Positions 13,996-24,028 of a stretch of 64,000 nucleotides of DNA are shown one piece after another. Source of the DNA: an uncultured delta proteobacterium. Its GTDB lineage: Bacteria > Myxococcota_A > Polyangia > Polyangiales > Polyangiaceae. The notes beneath the pieces are model-generated. The model had not been told where the DNA came from. It searched no databases and saw nothing but the letters and a program-made list of their open reading frames with translations. The DNA lies in assembly GCA_963716725.1 (NCBI GenBank), contig CAVQUB010000002.1:288001-352000 (forward strand). Direction: 5' to 3'. The position numbers and the translations under genes are program-made. Within the stretch, counting starts at the first letter, position 1, and the number at the start of each line of letters is the position of its first letter.

Positions 13996-15015
13996 TCAAC
14001 GGCCCGCGCGGAACTTGCCGATCAGCTCTTCCGAAGCTGTGTACGGGTCGGTCTCGCGGCGCGCAATGCGTCCGGCGGCCGCTTCGACCTCGTCGCCGAG
14101 TTCAGCGAGGGCTTCTTCGGCGAGTGCGTCGCGCAAGAACGACAGCATCACGAGGTTCATGCGCTCCGCGCGCCGGGCGCGCCCCGCGTCGCTGTCGAGC
14201 CAGGCGCGGTGTTCACGGAGCTTCTGTTCGAGCTCATCGACGCCCGTGCCCCGGGTCGCCACCGTCTTCACGATGGCCGGCGTCCAGCCCGCGCTCGTTG
14301 CGCCGGACTCGGCTCGAGCGTTCGCGGTAACGCCGCTGTGGCCCCGGGATTTGGACGCGGAGACAGAGAACAAATCGCCGCTCAGCGCCAGCATCACTTC
14401 GAGATCGCGCACCGTAGCGTCAGCGCCATCTCGGTCGGCCTTGTTGACGGCGAAGACGTCGGCGCACTCGAGGATGCCCGCCTTGATGGCTTGCACGTCG
14501 TCACCGAGGCCTGGCGCCATCACCACCAAGGTGGTGTGTGCCATGCGGGTGACGTCCAGTTCGTCTTGTCCCACGCCAACCGTCTCGACGATCACCACCT
14601 CGGCGCCCCAGGCGTCGAGGATCCGGCTCATGTCGCTGGCGGACCGCGAAAGCCCCCCCAGCGCGCCGCGGGTGGCTACCGAGCGAATGAAGACCTCGGG
14701 GTCCTCGAAGTGCCGCTGCATCCGGATGCGGTCGCCGAGGATCGCGCCTCCAGAAAACGGGCTGGTGGGGTCCACCGCAACCACCCCGACGCGATGACCC
14801 GCTCTGCGCAGGCGCACGACCAACTGATCGGTGAGCGTGCTCTTGCCGGCGCCCGGCGTCCCGGTGACGCCGATCAGCCAGGCATGCCCGCTGTGGGGGT
14901 AGAGCTCCTTCATCAGCTCGCGATGGCCGGGCAGCCGATCGTCGACCGCGCGGCAGGCGCGCGCCGCGGCGAGGGTATTCCCCGAGAGCACGCGCGCGGC
15001 AAGCTCACTCGGCAT
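13996..15015 (-). CDS. meaB: Methylmalonyl-CoA mutase-associated GTPase (copy 1)
   Basis: GTPGAGKST, VDPTSPFSGGAILGDRIRM, ETVGVGQ, NKAD. Confidence 0.92.
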   Translation of the reverse strand: MPSELAARVLSGNTLAAARACRAVDDRLPGHRELMKELYPHSGHAWLIGVTGTPGAGKSTLTDQLVVRLRRAGHRVGVVAVDPTSPFSGGAILGDRIRMQRHFEDPEVFIRSVATRGALGGLSRSASDMSRILDAWGAEVVIVETVGVGQDELDVTRMAHTTLVVMAPGLGDDVQAIKAGILECADVFAVNKADRDGADATVRDLEVMLALSGDLFSVSASKSRGHSGVTANARAESGATSAGWTPAIVKTVATRGTGVDELEQKLREHRAWLDSDAGRARRAERMNLVMLSFLRDALAEEALAELGDEVEAAAGRIARRETDPYTASEELIGKFRAGR

Positions 15016-15025
15016 CCTGCCCCCT

Positions 15026-16384
15026 TCAGCTCCGTTCGCGCTTCCGCTGTTCCATGATGCGCTCGACGGTGCGCGTCGTCATGCGCCCCTCGCGCACCTC
15101 GACGTCTGCCATCAGGCGCTTGTGAAAATCGATATTGGTGCGAATACCGCCAATGATGAACTCGTCCAGCGCTCGATCCATGCGCACGATGGCCTGTTCG
15201 CGCGTGGGCGCGTGCACGATGACCTTGGCCAACAGCGAATCGTAGTGCTGGGGCACGGTCCACCCGCCGTACACGCCGGAGTCGATGCGGACGCCACCAC
15301 CCCCGGGCGGATGGTACTCGGTGATGAGCCCGGGCCACGGCGCGAAGGTCTCGGGATCCTCGGCCATGATCCGGCATTCCAGCGCGTGGCCCCGGAACTT
15401 CCACGGGCGGGTGTCGGGCAGCTCGAGCTTCTCGCCGGCGGCCGCGCGAATTTGTTCGACCACGAGATCGACCCCCGTCACCACCTCGGTCACCGGGTGC
15501 TCGACTTGCACCCGGGTGTTCATCTCCATGAAGTAGAGGCTCTTGTCCTCGTCCATCAGGAACTCGAGGGTGCCGAGGCTCGTGTAGCCCGTCTCGCGCA
15601 CGGCCTTGCGGATGCGCTCGCCCATCTCGGAGCGAAGCTTCTCGCTCATGATGTTGCTGGGAGACTCTTCCACCAGCTTCTGGTTCCTACGCTGCAGCGA
15701 GCACTCGCGTTCGCCGAGAGTCCACACTTGCCCGTGCTGGTCGGCGAGGGCCTGAAACTCGATGTGGCGCGGTCGCTCGACGAAGCGCTCCAGGTAGAGC
15801 TCGGGGTTTCCGAAGCTCGCCATGGCTTCCGCCGTCGCGCTTTCGAACGCCCGCCGCACCTCCGCGAGCTTGCGAACGACGCGCATTCCTCGGCCGCCTC
15901 CGCCGCCACGCGCCTTCACCATCACGGGCAGCCCGACCCGTTTGGCCTCGCTCTCGGCGTGAGAGGCGCTCTCGAGCGCGGTGCTGCCCGGCAACAGCGG
16001 CAACCCGAACCGCTCGGCGGCTTCCCTGGCCCTGAGCTTGTCGCCCCACTGCCGCATCGCATCCGGTGTCGGCCCGATGAAGGTGAGCCCACACTGCCCG
16101 ACGATCTGAGCGAACTCCGGGTTCTCCGACAAGAAGCCGTAGCCGGGGTGGATGGCGTCGGCCCCGGTGATCTCCGCGGCGCTGATGATGGCCGGAATGT
16201 TGAGATAGCTGCGGGTGGCAAGCGCGGGGCCGATGCACACCGCCTCGTCGGCGAAGCGAACGTGCAGCGCCTTCGAATCCACCTCCGAGTGGACCGCGAC
16301 CGTCTCGAGGTCGAGCTCGCGACAGGCGCGGATGATGCGCATGGCGATTTCGCCACGGTTGGCGATGAGGACCTTGCGGAACAT
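15026..16384 (-). CDS. accC: Biotin carboxylase
   Basis: IANRGEIA, HPGYGFLSEN, GGGGRGM, MNTRVQVEHPVTE, YDSLLAK. Confidence 0.96.
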   Translation of the reverse strand: MFRKVLIANRGEIAMRIIRACRELDLETVAVHSEVDSKALHVRFADEAVCIGPALATRSYLNIPAIISAAEITGADAIHPGYGFLSENPEFAQIVGQCGLTFIGPTPDAMRQWGDKLRAREAAERFGLPLLPGSTALESASHAESEAKRVGLPVMVKARGGGGGRGMRVVRKLAEVRRAFESATAEAMASFGNPELYLERFVERPRHIEFQALADQHGQVWTLGERECSLQRRNQKLVEESPSNIMSEKLRSEMGERIRKAVRETGYTSLGTLEFLMDEDKSLYFMEMNTRVQVEHPVTEVVTGVDLVVEQIRAAAGEKLELPDTRPWKFRGHALECRIMAEDPETFAPWPGLITEYHPPGGGGVRIDSGVYGGWTVPQHYDSLLAKVIVHAPTREQAIVRMDRALDEFIIGGIRTNIDFHKRLMADVEVREGRMTTRTVERIMEQRKRERS

Positions 16385-16387
16385 GGC

Positions 16388-16834
16388 TCAGCTCTTCTTG
16401 AGCTTGAAGAGCTTCTGCCCGAACTCGACGCTCTGTCCGTTCTCGACGAGCACCTCGAGGATGGCGCCCGGGAACTCGGCCTCGATTTCGTTCATCAGCT
16501 TCATGGCCTCGATGATGCAGAGCGTCTGGCCCTTCTTCACCGCAGCGCCCACCTCGACGAAGAAGTCCGCGTCCGGCGCCGGTGAACGGTAGAAGGTGCC
16601 GACGAAGGGCGAGGTGATGAACACCACGCTGGGATCGCCCTCTTCTTCTTTGCCCGCAGCGGTGACCGACACCTGCGGCGGGCCCGCGACCGCAGCGGCG
16701 GCGGTCACGACCGGCGTGCCGCGCGCCATGCCCACGCGGATTCGCACGTTCTCATCCTCGTATTCGAACTCCGAAGCGCCTCCATCCTCGAGGGTCTTGA
16801 GGAGGTTCTTGATCTGCTTCAGCGGAAGGTCCAT
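16388..16834 (-). CDS. accB: Biotin carboxyl carrier protein
   Basis: [18 protein letters not shown] biotinylation motif. Confidence 0.96.
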   Translation of the reverse strand: MDLPLKQIKNLLKTLEDGGASEFEYEDENVRIRVGMARGTPVVTAAAAVAGPPQVSVTAAGKEEEGDPSVVFITSPFVGTFYRSPAPDADFFVEVGAAVKKGQTLCIIEAMKLMNEIEAEFPGAILEVLVENGQSVEFGQKLFKLKKS

Positions 16835-16890
16835 CGCGCGCGAAGCTACTCCGAGAGCAAGAGCAGCGTAAAGCGCGTCATTTCCCCGGG

Positions 16891-16916
16891 GCGGCGCGAA
16901 GCGAGTTTCGCGCCGC
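16891..16916. other. GC-rich hairpin between aroQ and accB (possible terminator or processing site)
   Basis: gcggcgcgaa-gcgagt-ttcgcgccgc, 10-bp perfect stem; no U-tract. Confidence 0.35.
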
Positions 16917-16945
16917 GCCTCGTCGTGACGCCCTGCGGCGCAGCG

Positions 16946-17518
16946 CTAGCGCTGAGCGCGTACGCGGGTGAGCAAAGCGCGAAGGGCCAGCAGGTACGAG
17001 TCCACGCCGAAGCCCGCGACCCGGCCGACGCAGGCAGGCGCGACCCGTGAGCGCCTGCGGAACTCCTCGCGGGCATCAGGGTTGGTCAGATGAACCTCGA
17101 CCGCTGGCACCCCCGCGCCCTTGAGCGAGTCGTACAGCGCGTACGAGGTGTGCGTGAGTGCTCCGGGGTTGATCAGAATCCCAGCCGAGCCGTCGTCTTG
17201 CGCCGCGTTGATCCAATCGATCAGCTGGCCTTCGTGGTTGCTCTGCCGACATACGGCCTCGGCGCCGAGCTCCCGCGCTAGGGCGGTGATCCGCGCGTGG
17301 AGCTCCTCGAGGGTGACGGCTCCGTAGATCTCGGGCTCGCGGCGGCCGAGACGATCCAGGTTGGGGCCGCTCAGCACCAGGATACGGTCGAGCCCCGCCC
17401 CCCGCGCCTTGCGGTGGCGCGGCGGAACCCGCGGCGCCGGCGAGCGTCGGGCCTTGACGGCGGGAGCACCGCGCCGACCTTTGGGGTTGCCCGCAGTGGT
17501 TCGCGAGCGCGCCGTCAT
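16946..17518 (-). CDS. aroQ: Type II 3-dehydroquinate dehydratase with Arg-rich N-terminal extension
   Basis: GPNLDRLGRREPEIYG, QSNHEG, INPGALTHTS, EVHLTN. Confidence 0.93.
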   Translation of the reverse strand: MTARSRTTAGNPKGRRGAPAVKARRSPAPRVPPRHRKARGAGLDRILVLSGPNLDRLGRREPEIYGAVTLEELHARITALARELGAEAVCRQSNHEGQLIDWINAAQDDGSAGILINPGALTHTSYALYDSLKGAGVPAVEVHLTNPDAREEFRRRSRVAPACVGRVAGFGVDSYLLALRALLTRVRAQR

Positions 17519-17522
17519 CGTT

Positions 17523-17882
17523 TCAGCCGAGCTCTTCGGCCAGCTTGGGAGCGGCCAGCCGGAGCAAGAAGCGACCCTTGCCCAGGTTGCCCTCGGGCGT
17601 CATCGTGATCGCCACGAAGTAATTCTCGTTGAGCACGCGGATCAGCGTCACCATTTTCGCGCTCTTGAACGCGACCTCGCGGGTGTCCCCCGCTTCGAGC
17701 ATCTCGGACGCGCGCTGGATCGCCTTGACGACCACGCTCACTTCGGCCCCGACGGTCTCGATGTCGAAGGGCGAGTCACCCTTCGAGTAGCTCTCGAGCG
17801 GAATGCCCTCGAAGTCCATGAGTAGGCCGGCCGTGCCGCCCTCCACCCCGTCGACCATGCCTTGAAGGGCCTCCTTGAACAT
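17523..17882 (-). CDS. mglC: Roadblock/LC7 protein, MglC-like polarity factor
   Basis: 119 aa; C-terminus GNLGKGRFLLRLAAPKLAEEL resembles M. xanthus MglC as recalled; upstream of accB/accC. Confidence 0.75.
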   Translation of the reverse strand: MFKEALQGMVDGVEGGTAGLLMDFEGIPLESYSKGDSPFDIETVGAEVSVVVKAIQRASEMLEAGDTREVAFKSAKMVTLIRVLNENYFVAITMTPEGNLGKGRFLLRLAAPKLAEELG

Positions 17883-17888
17883 GGGCAA

Positions 17889-17918
17889 ATCGTACTTTCT
17901 TTGGCTGTCCTCGGTGAA
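17889..17918 (-). promoter_or_regulatory. Putative sigma70 promoter giving a leaderless mglC transcript
   Basis: TTCACC-N18-TACGAT-N6-ATG on the minus strand; no Shine-Dalgarno. Confidence 0.5.
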
Positions 17919-18210
17919 TGTTTCTGCGGTCCCGACCGGGACCGGCCCCGCGGAAACCCACGATGAACCGCCCCCAGGGCCCCGGGATTCAGCCGGCGGG
18001 AGCCCCAAAATCCAGCCGTTTGTCGGGTGCCCAACCGCTTTTTCCATGGGGCTTGCACCCGGACGCCGGCTGGGAGATGTCCTCCAAGGAGTTCTGCCCG
18101 CTGACCGTCCTTGACCCCCCCGATGGCGAACGGCTACCTTCCCGTCGCTCTCGAGGCGCGTGGCCCCGGGACGTCGAATTTGCTCGCTCGAAGTAGGTAG
18201 TCGAAAGCCC

Positions 18211-20013
18211 ATGCGTGCGCGGGCGGGGGATCCGCCCCGCACAATGACTCAGAAGGTCCTCGCCGGACGAGCCGACGATCCGGAGCTCAAGGGCGACTTG
18301 GTGCGGGTCAAGGTCGACCAGGTCATCCTGGCGCGGGAGCCGCAACGCGTCCTCGGGGAGGCGTTGCAGGCCGGCATGAAGAAATGCGCGGTCGAGGTCG
18401 CCGTGGCCTACGACACACGCTGCGTGACGACCGATGGCGCCGAGACGCCGGGCGACCGCACGATGCGGGCTGCGCTCGCAACGGGCCTTCTGCTCTGCCG
18501 ACCCGGCATCGGCTTTCCGGCTCCGGTCCACCTGGAGCGTTTCGGCAGTCCAGCGCGACTGGCGCTCACCGACGAGCCCCGCCTCGCGTCCGTCGGTGGG
18601 GCAGGCATGCTCACCTTGGTCGCCGCGCCGTCGCAATTGGCCGAAGTACTGGCCACTGGCGCGCTCTGGCTCAGGCCACCGCGCAGCGTTCAGGTCCTGC
18701 TGTCGGGCCGAATCCGTCCCTTCGTCTGCGTTCGCGACGTCGCCCTCGAGCTCGTGCGCCGCGGACTGGGAGAAATCATCCAGCGAGTCGATCGCGAACA
18801 CCGCGCACCCGTCGTCGTGGAGTTTGCCGGACCGAGCGCACGCCTCTTGTCGGTGCCCGATCGCGCGGTGCTCGCCGCGCTCGGTCCCCACGTCGGCGCC
18901 GCCGCGGCAGTCTTCGTCAGCGACGAAAAGACCGAGGTCTACCTCCGCGATCAACGTCGCTCCAAGGCTCACCGCAGCCTCACGCCTGATCCGGGCGCCC
19001 CCTGCGACGACGTGATCAGCGTGGATCTCTCCGCCGTGGACCCCTTGGTCATGGATGAACAAGGCGTGGTCCGCCCGGTGCGCGAGCTGGCGGGCAAGCC
19101 GGTGGTGCAGGTCGTGCTGGGCGGCGACTCGGGCGCGTCGCTCCGCGATCTCTTGGCAGCAGCCGCGCTGCTCAAGAGCAAGCGCGTGCCACCCCGCCTC
19201 GATCTCTTGATCGCGCCTCCGTCGCGTCAGGCCCTCGAGGTGCTCGCTCACTCGGGCGCGCTCGTAGATCTCATCGCCACGGGCGCACGGCTGATCGAGC
19301 CGGATCAGCGCCTGGTGACCGGCGAGCTCTACCCGCCCCCGGCCGGCGGCGTCTCGCTTCGGACTTGTGATCCGGAGCCAAGCGCTCCGCCCGAGCGTCG
19401 CTTCGTGGTCGCCTCCGCCGAGACCATCGCTTACGCGGTGGCCTCGGGCAGCGTCGGGGATCCTCGGTCCTTCAAGCGTCCAGTCCGCGTCACTGTGCCC
19501 CGCACCCTGCCCACCGACGACGTGCTCATCGTGCGCAAGTCGAAGACCAAGGGCAAGGCCGAGGGCGACAGCGCCAAGGCGACGCTCGCGACCTTCCCCC
19601 AACCCACCGGCTGGAACGCCGCCGCGGCGCTCACCTTGGTCAAGGAGCGCTCAATCCCCACCGAGCCCAGCGCGATGCTGCTGCCAACCCTGGACGCGGT
19701 CCGCTGGGCCGCGCGTCACGCATCCGAGCTTGGCCCTGCCCTGCGCGCGGTCATCGCGGAGCACCTGCCCGCAGGCATCGTGCCCCAGTTCGCCGCGCTC
19801 GGCATCGCAGCCTTGACCACAGACGCCGCGACGCTCAAGAAGCTCGGGCTCGAGCCGAGCATCTCCTTGCCGGCCCCGGCCGACGGCGAGGTGTCCGTCA
19901 GCGCCGGCTCGACCAAGGCCACTCTGCGCTGGGAGGCTGTCGGCGCCGAACGCGCCTGGACCGAGGCCGGCACCGCCCGGGGCTCGACGGCCGTGGCAAA
20001 ACCGGGCCGCTGA
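18211..20013 (+). CDS. Aconitase-fold protein, degenerate (Fe-S ligands lost)
   Basis: Colinear with small bacterial aconitases (VHLERF, LSVPDRA, DLSAVDPL, APPSRQAL, ASAET...DPR) but catalytic and Cys motifs are replaced. Confidence 0.8.
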   Translation: MRARAGDPPRTMTQKVLAGRADDPELKGDLVRVKVDQVILAREPQRVLGEALQAGMKKCAVEVAVAYDTRCVTTDGAETPGDRTMRAALATGLLLCRPGIGFPAPVHLERFGSPARLALTDEPRLASVGGAGMLTLVAAPSQLAEVLATGALWLRPPRSVQVLLSGRIRPFVCVRDVALELVRRGLGEIIQRVDREHRAPVVVEFAGPSARLLSVPDRAVLAALGPHVGAAAAVFVSDEKTEVYLRDQRRSKAHRSLTPDPGAPCDDVISVDLSAVDPLVMDEQGVVRPVRELAGKPVVQVVLGGDSGASLRDLLAAAALLKSKRVPPRLDLLIAPPSRQALEVLAHSGALVDLIATGARLIEPDQRLVTGELYPPPAGGVSLRTCDPEPSAPPERRFVVASAETIAYAVASGSVGDPRSFKRPVRVTVPRTLPTDDVLIVRKSKTKGKAEGDSAKATLATFPQPTGWNAAAALTLVKERSIPTEPSAMLLPTLDAVRWAARHASELGPALRAVIAEHLPAGIVPQFAALGIAALTTDAATLKKLGLEPSISLPAPADGEVSVSAGSTKATLRWEAVGAERAWTEAGTARGSTAVAKPGR

Positions 20014-20071
20014 CCCGCCAGCGGCCGGAGCCGTCGACTGGAGCCCCGCAGCTCGTCTATGCTCCGCGACC

Positions 20072-20887
20072 ATGCGAAGCGTCCGAACACTCGGGGTGGC
20101 ATGCGGTCTGACCCTCGCAACACCCGCCCTTGCACAGGAAGAAGCGCCGGCCACGCCGGACACGGCAGCGGCTGCGCCAGCGACCGCGGACACGGCGAAG
20201 CCAGCTGCGCCAGAACCCACGAAGGTCGCCAATCCAACCAGCCTCGCCAAAGAGAGGGACGAAGCGGGCAGCAACGAGAAGCCGGCGACCACGGCCTCTC
20301 TCGACGAAGCCGAGGCGAAGGCAAAGAGCGCGAGCGCTTACGGTCATGGCCGGCAGTTCGGGCTGCGCGGCGGGATTGTCGGCGGTTACCGGATGGTGTT
20401 CCGCTACGACAAGTCTCCATTCTGCAACGACTACGACACGACGAAGAGCCTCAAGGACCAGCAGAAATTCTGTGGTCATTCCTCACCGCTCGCCGCCGAG
20501 GTAGCGCTCAGCTTTGCGCCAATCGACGGCATCGAGCCCTTTGTGTTCGGGCGCTTCGGCCTTCAGCCCGAAAAGAAGACCGACACCGACCCCGTCCTCA
20601 TCTTCGGCGCCGGACTCCGTGTCTACACGATGTCGGACTCGGCCTTCAAAGTGTTCATCGAACCGGCGTTGGGCGTCGAGCTCGAAGGTGGACGCGGAAC
20701 CGAGGAGTGGAAGGCGAACGACCCGGACTACAAGAAGGACGTCCTGTTCCACCTCGCGGCCGGCCCTCAGTACGACTTCGCCAAGATGATCGGCGTCTAC
20801 CTCGACGCGGGAATCACCACCGGCATCCTGCGCAGCATCCACTCGAACCTCGAGCTCCAGCTCGGCCTGCAGTTTCGGGCGCCCTGA
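20072..20887 (+). CDS. Secreted protein, probable small outer-membrane beta-barrel
   Basis: Sec signal ending ALA|QEE, Ala/Pro/Thr linker, alternating beta-strand pattern, C-terminal [10 protein letters not shown]. Confidence 0.6.
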   Translation: MRSVRTLGVACGLTLATPALAQEEAPATPDTAAAAPATADTAKPAAPEPTKVANPTSLAKERDEAGSNEKPATTASLDEAEAKAKSASAYGHGRQFGLRGGIVGGYRMVFRYDKSPFCNDYDTTKSLKDQQKFCGHSSPLAAEVALSFAPIDGIEPFVFGRFGLQPEKKTDTDPVLIFGAGLRVYTMSDSAFKVFIEPALGVELEGGRGTEEWKANDPDYKKDVLFHLAAGPQYDFAKMIGVYLDAGITTGILRSIHSNLELQLGLQFRAP

Positions 20888-21378
20888 TGAGCGCCCGCCC
20901 GTTTCGCGTGCTCGGCGTCCAGCAGGTGGCCATCGGCGCGCGGGACAAGAGCGCGCTCCGAAGGCTCTGGATCGACACGCTCGGGCTGCCCCTCGTGGCC
21001 GAAAAGCGCATGGAGCGGGAGAACGTCGACGAGGACATTGCGGCGGCCGGCGTCGGCCCCTTCCGCGTCGAAATCGATCTGATGCAGCCCATCGATCCGG
21101 AGAAAAAACCCGCCGTGCACGAGGTGCCCCTCAATCACCTCGGGCTCTGGATCGACGATCTGCCCAGGGCCGTGGAATGGCTCACTGCGCAAGGCGTCCG
21201 CTTCGCGCCCGGCGGCATCAGACCCGGCGCCGTCGGGCACGACATTTGTTTCATCCACCCCAAGGGCAACGCCGAGTCACCCATCGGCGGCGAGGGCGTG
21301 CTGATCGAGCTGGTGCAGGCCCCGCCCGAAGTGATCGCGGCCTTCGACCTCATCGCGAGCCAGGCTCTCCAGCTCTGA
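20887..21378 (+). CDS. VOC family protein (methylmalonyl-CoA epimerase-like)
   Basis: [26 protein letters not shown]...GVLIELVQ; mutase nearby. Confidence 0.8.
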   Translation: MSARPFRVLGVQQVAIGARDKSALRRLWIDTLGLPLVAEKRMERENVDEDIAAAGVGPFRVEIDLMQPIDPEKKPAVHEVPLNHLGLWIDDLPRAVEWLTAQGVRFAPGGIRPGAVGHDICFIHPKGNAESPIGGEGVLIELVQAPPEVIAAFDLIASQALQL

Positions 21379-24028
21379 CAAGTCTCTTCGCCAGCAGGTC
21401 GAGAGCGAAGAAGATCGGGCAGCCCATCGCGGCGAGCACGACGAATTTCGGACTCACGGGTCCAGTGCCGATTGCGGCGGACAGCGGCGGGAAATAGAGA
21501 ACAGCCCACGCGAAGACCAGCTCCGCAGCGACGCCCACCACGAAGAATGGGTTCCGGAGCAGTCCGCGGTCGAGACCCGAGCGGCGAGTGTAGCGTCGGC
21601 CCACCAAGTTGCCGACCTGCAGGAAGATCACGCTCACGAGCGTGATCCCGGTGGCGCTGCGATACAGAGCGTCGTCGGCCGGCGGAATCACGCCGAAGCG
21701 CCAGCCTCCGGCCCACAGCACCGTAAAGAACATGCCCATGGACCACAGCGCCTGAATCGCGCCCAGAAACAGGTAGCTTCGGAGCAATAGCGAGCGACTG
21801 AGCAGCCGACCCTGAGCGCCGCGGGGAGGGCGCTTCATCTCCTCCCCGTCCGGTGGCTCTTGTCCGAGGCCGATGGCGGGGATCAGATCGCTGCCGAGAT
21901 CGATGCAGAGGATTTGGATCACCGTGAGCCCGAGCGGGATCGGCAGGGCGACGTAGAGGAGGAAGGGAACGATCTCGGGGACGTTGCTGGCGAGCACGTA
22001 GCTCGTGAACTTCTGCACATTCGCAAACACGGCCCGCCCTTCTTCGATGCCCGCCACGATGCTCGAGAAGTCATCGTCCAGCAGCACGATCTGCGCCGCT
22101 TCCCGCGCCACGTCGGTGCCAGCGATTCCCATCGCGATGCCGACGTCCGCCGCGCGCAGCGCCGGTGCGTCGTTGACCCCGTCTCCCGTCATTGCCACCG
22201 TGAGCCGCATGCGCTTGAGCGCCGCCACGACGGCCAGCTTCTGCTCCGGCGTGGTGCGCGCGAATACCCGGGCTCCCGCTTGCAGAACCTCCACCAACTC
22301 GTCCTCGCGAAAGCGCGCCAGCTCCTCGCCGCTGCACACGGCGCCGCTATCCGATCCGGCATCGACGATGCCAGCTTGCTCGGCGATGGCGTGCGCGGTG
22401 TCTGGGTGGTCACCCGTAATGAGGATCACCCTCACCCCGGCGGCATGACAGCGTGCGACGGCCTCCGGAACTCGCTCCCGCAGGGGGTCCTCGAGACACA
22501 GAAAGCCGAGCAGGGTGAGACGGTCATCCAGCTCGACTTCGCTGGCACCTTCCGCGCGGATCTCGAGCCCGCGCGACGCCACCGCGATGATGCGCAGGCC
22601 GCGGGACGCGAGGTGACGCACGTTGGCGTCGCACCGTTCGAGCGTCGCGCCATCGGCGGGTTGACCACGACTCGCGCTGAAGACCTGGGCCAGGTGCGGG
22701 CGCACCACCTCCCACGCGCCTTTGATCACGAAGTGCTGCTCGCTCCCGAGGCTCACGACACTAGCCGCGCGCCGAAGCGCCACGTCGAAGGGCAAGTGTC
22801 GAACGATGCCCCTCGCGATGGCCTCGGGCGCTCCCCCGGCCCGCACCAGCGCCCGGGCGGCCGCCACGTCCAGCGGATCGCCCGCGAGCTGTCCGGCGTT
22901 GTGGTGGAGTTCCGAAGCGCCCACCGCCGCCTCGAGCACCCGACGAGCAGCGTCGCCGCTGAGGGCTTCACCGCTCAGCGCATCCACCGTCGCGACCACC
23001 GTGAGCTCGTTCTTGGTCAAGGTCCCGGTCTTGTCGGTGCAGATCACGTTCACCGCGCCGAGCGCTTCGACCGCGTTCAGGCTCTTCACCAAGACCTTCT
23101 TCTTGGCCAGCCGGACGCCGCCCATGGCCAACGCCAGCGTCAGCGTGGGCAAGAGACCCTCGGGCACGTTGGCCACGATGATGCCCAGCATGAACACGAT
23201 GTTGGTCCAGAGCGGACGGCCGGCGACGGCGCCGTAGGTGAAGAACACGAGACCCATCGTCAGCGCGATCGCGGTGAGCACCCTCACGGTCCGTGCCACC
23301 TCTGCTTCCAGTGGAGTGGGCGGGCGCCGGACCGCCACGCTCAGCTCCGCGACCTTCCCGAACTCGCTGCGCCTCCCCGTGGCGAAGACGATCGCTTCGG
23401 CGGAGCCCCGGAGCACGACCGAACCTGCGAAGGCGATGTTGGAGGAGTCGACGAGCCTGCCCGCCACCATGGCCTCGGGCGAGAGGCTCACGTTTCGGCT
23501 CTCCCCGGTTAGCGCGGCGTTGTTCACCAACAAGCCGTTGGCCGCCACGACGCGAGCGTCGGCCGGGACCCGGTCGCCCTCACCGAGCAGGATCACGTCG
23601 CCGATGGCGACTTCGGCGATGGGCAAGCGACGCTCGCGCCCGCCCCGGCGAACTCTGATCTCTCGGGGCAAGAGCTGCGCCAAGGCCTGCATCGCGCGCT
23701 CGGCTCTCAGCTCTTGGGCAGCGCTGAAGGCAGCGTTCAGCGCTGCCACGCCGAACAGGGCCCAGCCGAGCACCGCCATGCCCTCTCCCGATTGCATCCG
23801 GTCGGCGACGAAGCAGAGTAGCGCGGACACCGTAAGCAAGAGGCTGAACAGGTTGAGCAGCTGTTTGCCCAGGGACCTGATCAAGCTGAGCCGCGGGGCG
23901 CCGCTCAAAACGTTCGGTCCGAGCTCGGCAACCCGCTCACGGGCCGTGGCGTCATCGATCCCATCGCGCGCGCTTCCAAGCAGCGCGAACACCTCGGCAC
24001 ATTCCAGGTTGTGGATCTGCCTCTTCAT
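21350..24028 (-). CDS. Cation-transporting P-type ATPase, type IIC (Na/K/H-ATPase-like)
   Basis: [48 protein letters not shown]. Confidence 0.9.
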   Translation of the reverse strand: MKRQIHNLECAEVFALLGSARDGIDDATARERVAELGPNVLSGAPRLSLIRSLGKQLLNLFSLLLTVSALLCFVADRMQSGEGMAVLGWALFGVAALNAAFSAAQELRAERAMQALAQLLPREIRVRRGGRERRLPIAEVAIGDVILLGEGDRVPADARVVAANGLLVNNAALTGESRNVSLSPEAMVAGRLVDSSNIAFAGSVVLRGSAEAIVFATGRRSEFGKVAELSVAVRRPPTPLEAEVARTVRVLTAIALTMGLVFFTYGAVAGRPLWTNIVFMLGIIVANVPEGLLPTLTLALAMGGVRLAKKKVLVKSLNAVEALGAVNVICTDKTGTLTKNELTVVATVDALSGEALSGDAARRVLEAAVGASELHHNAGQLAGDPLDVAAARALVRAGGAPEAIARGIVRHLPFDVALRRAASVVSLGSEQHFVIKGAWEVVRPHLAQVFSASRGQPADGATLERCDANVRHLASRGLRIIAVASRGLEIRAEGASEVELDDRLTLLGFLCLEDPLRERVPEAVARCHAAGVRVILITGDHPDTAHAIAEQAGIVDAGSDSGAVCSGEELARFREDELVEVLQAGARVFARTTPEQKLAVVAALKRMRLTVAMTGDGVNDAPALRAADVGIAMGIAGTDVAREAAQIVLLDDDFSSIVAGIEEGRAVFANVQKFTSYVLASNVPEIVPFLLYVALPIPLGLTVIQILCIDLGSDLIPAIGLGQEPPDGEEMKRPPRGAQGRLLSRSLLLRSYLFLGAIQALWSMGMFFTVLWAGGWRFGVIPPADDALYRSATGITLVSVIFLQVGNLVGRRYTRRSGLDRGLLRNPFFVVGVAAELVFAWAVLYFPPLSAAIGTGPVSPKFVVLAAMGCPIFFALDLLAKRLVRAGEPGSR

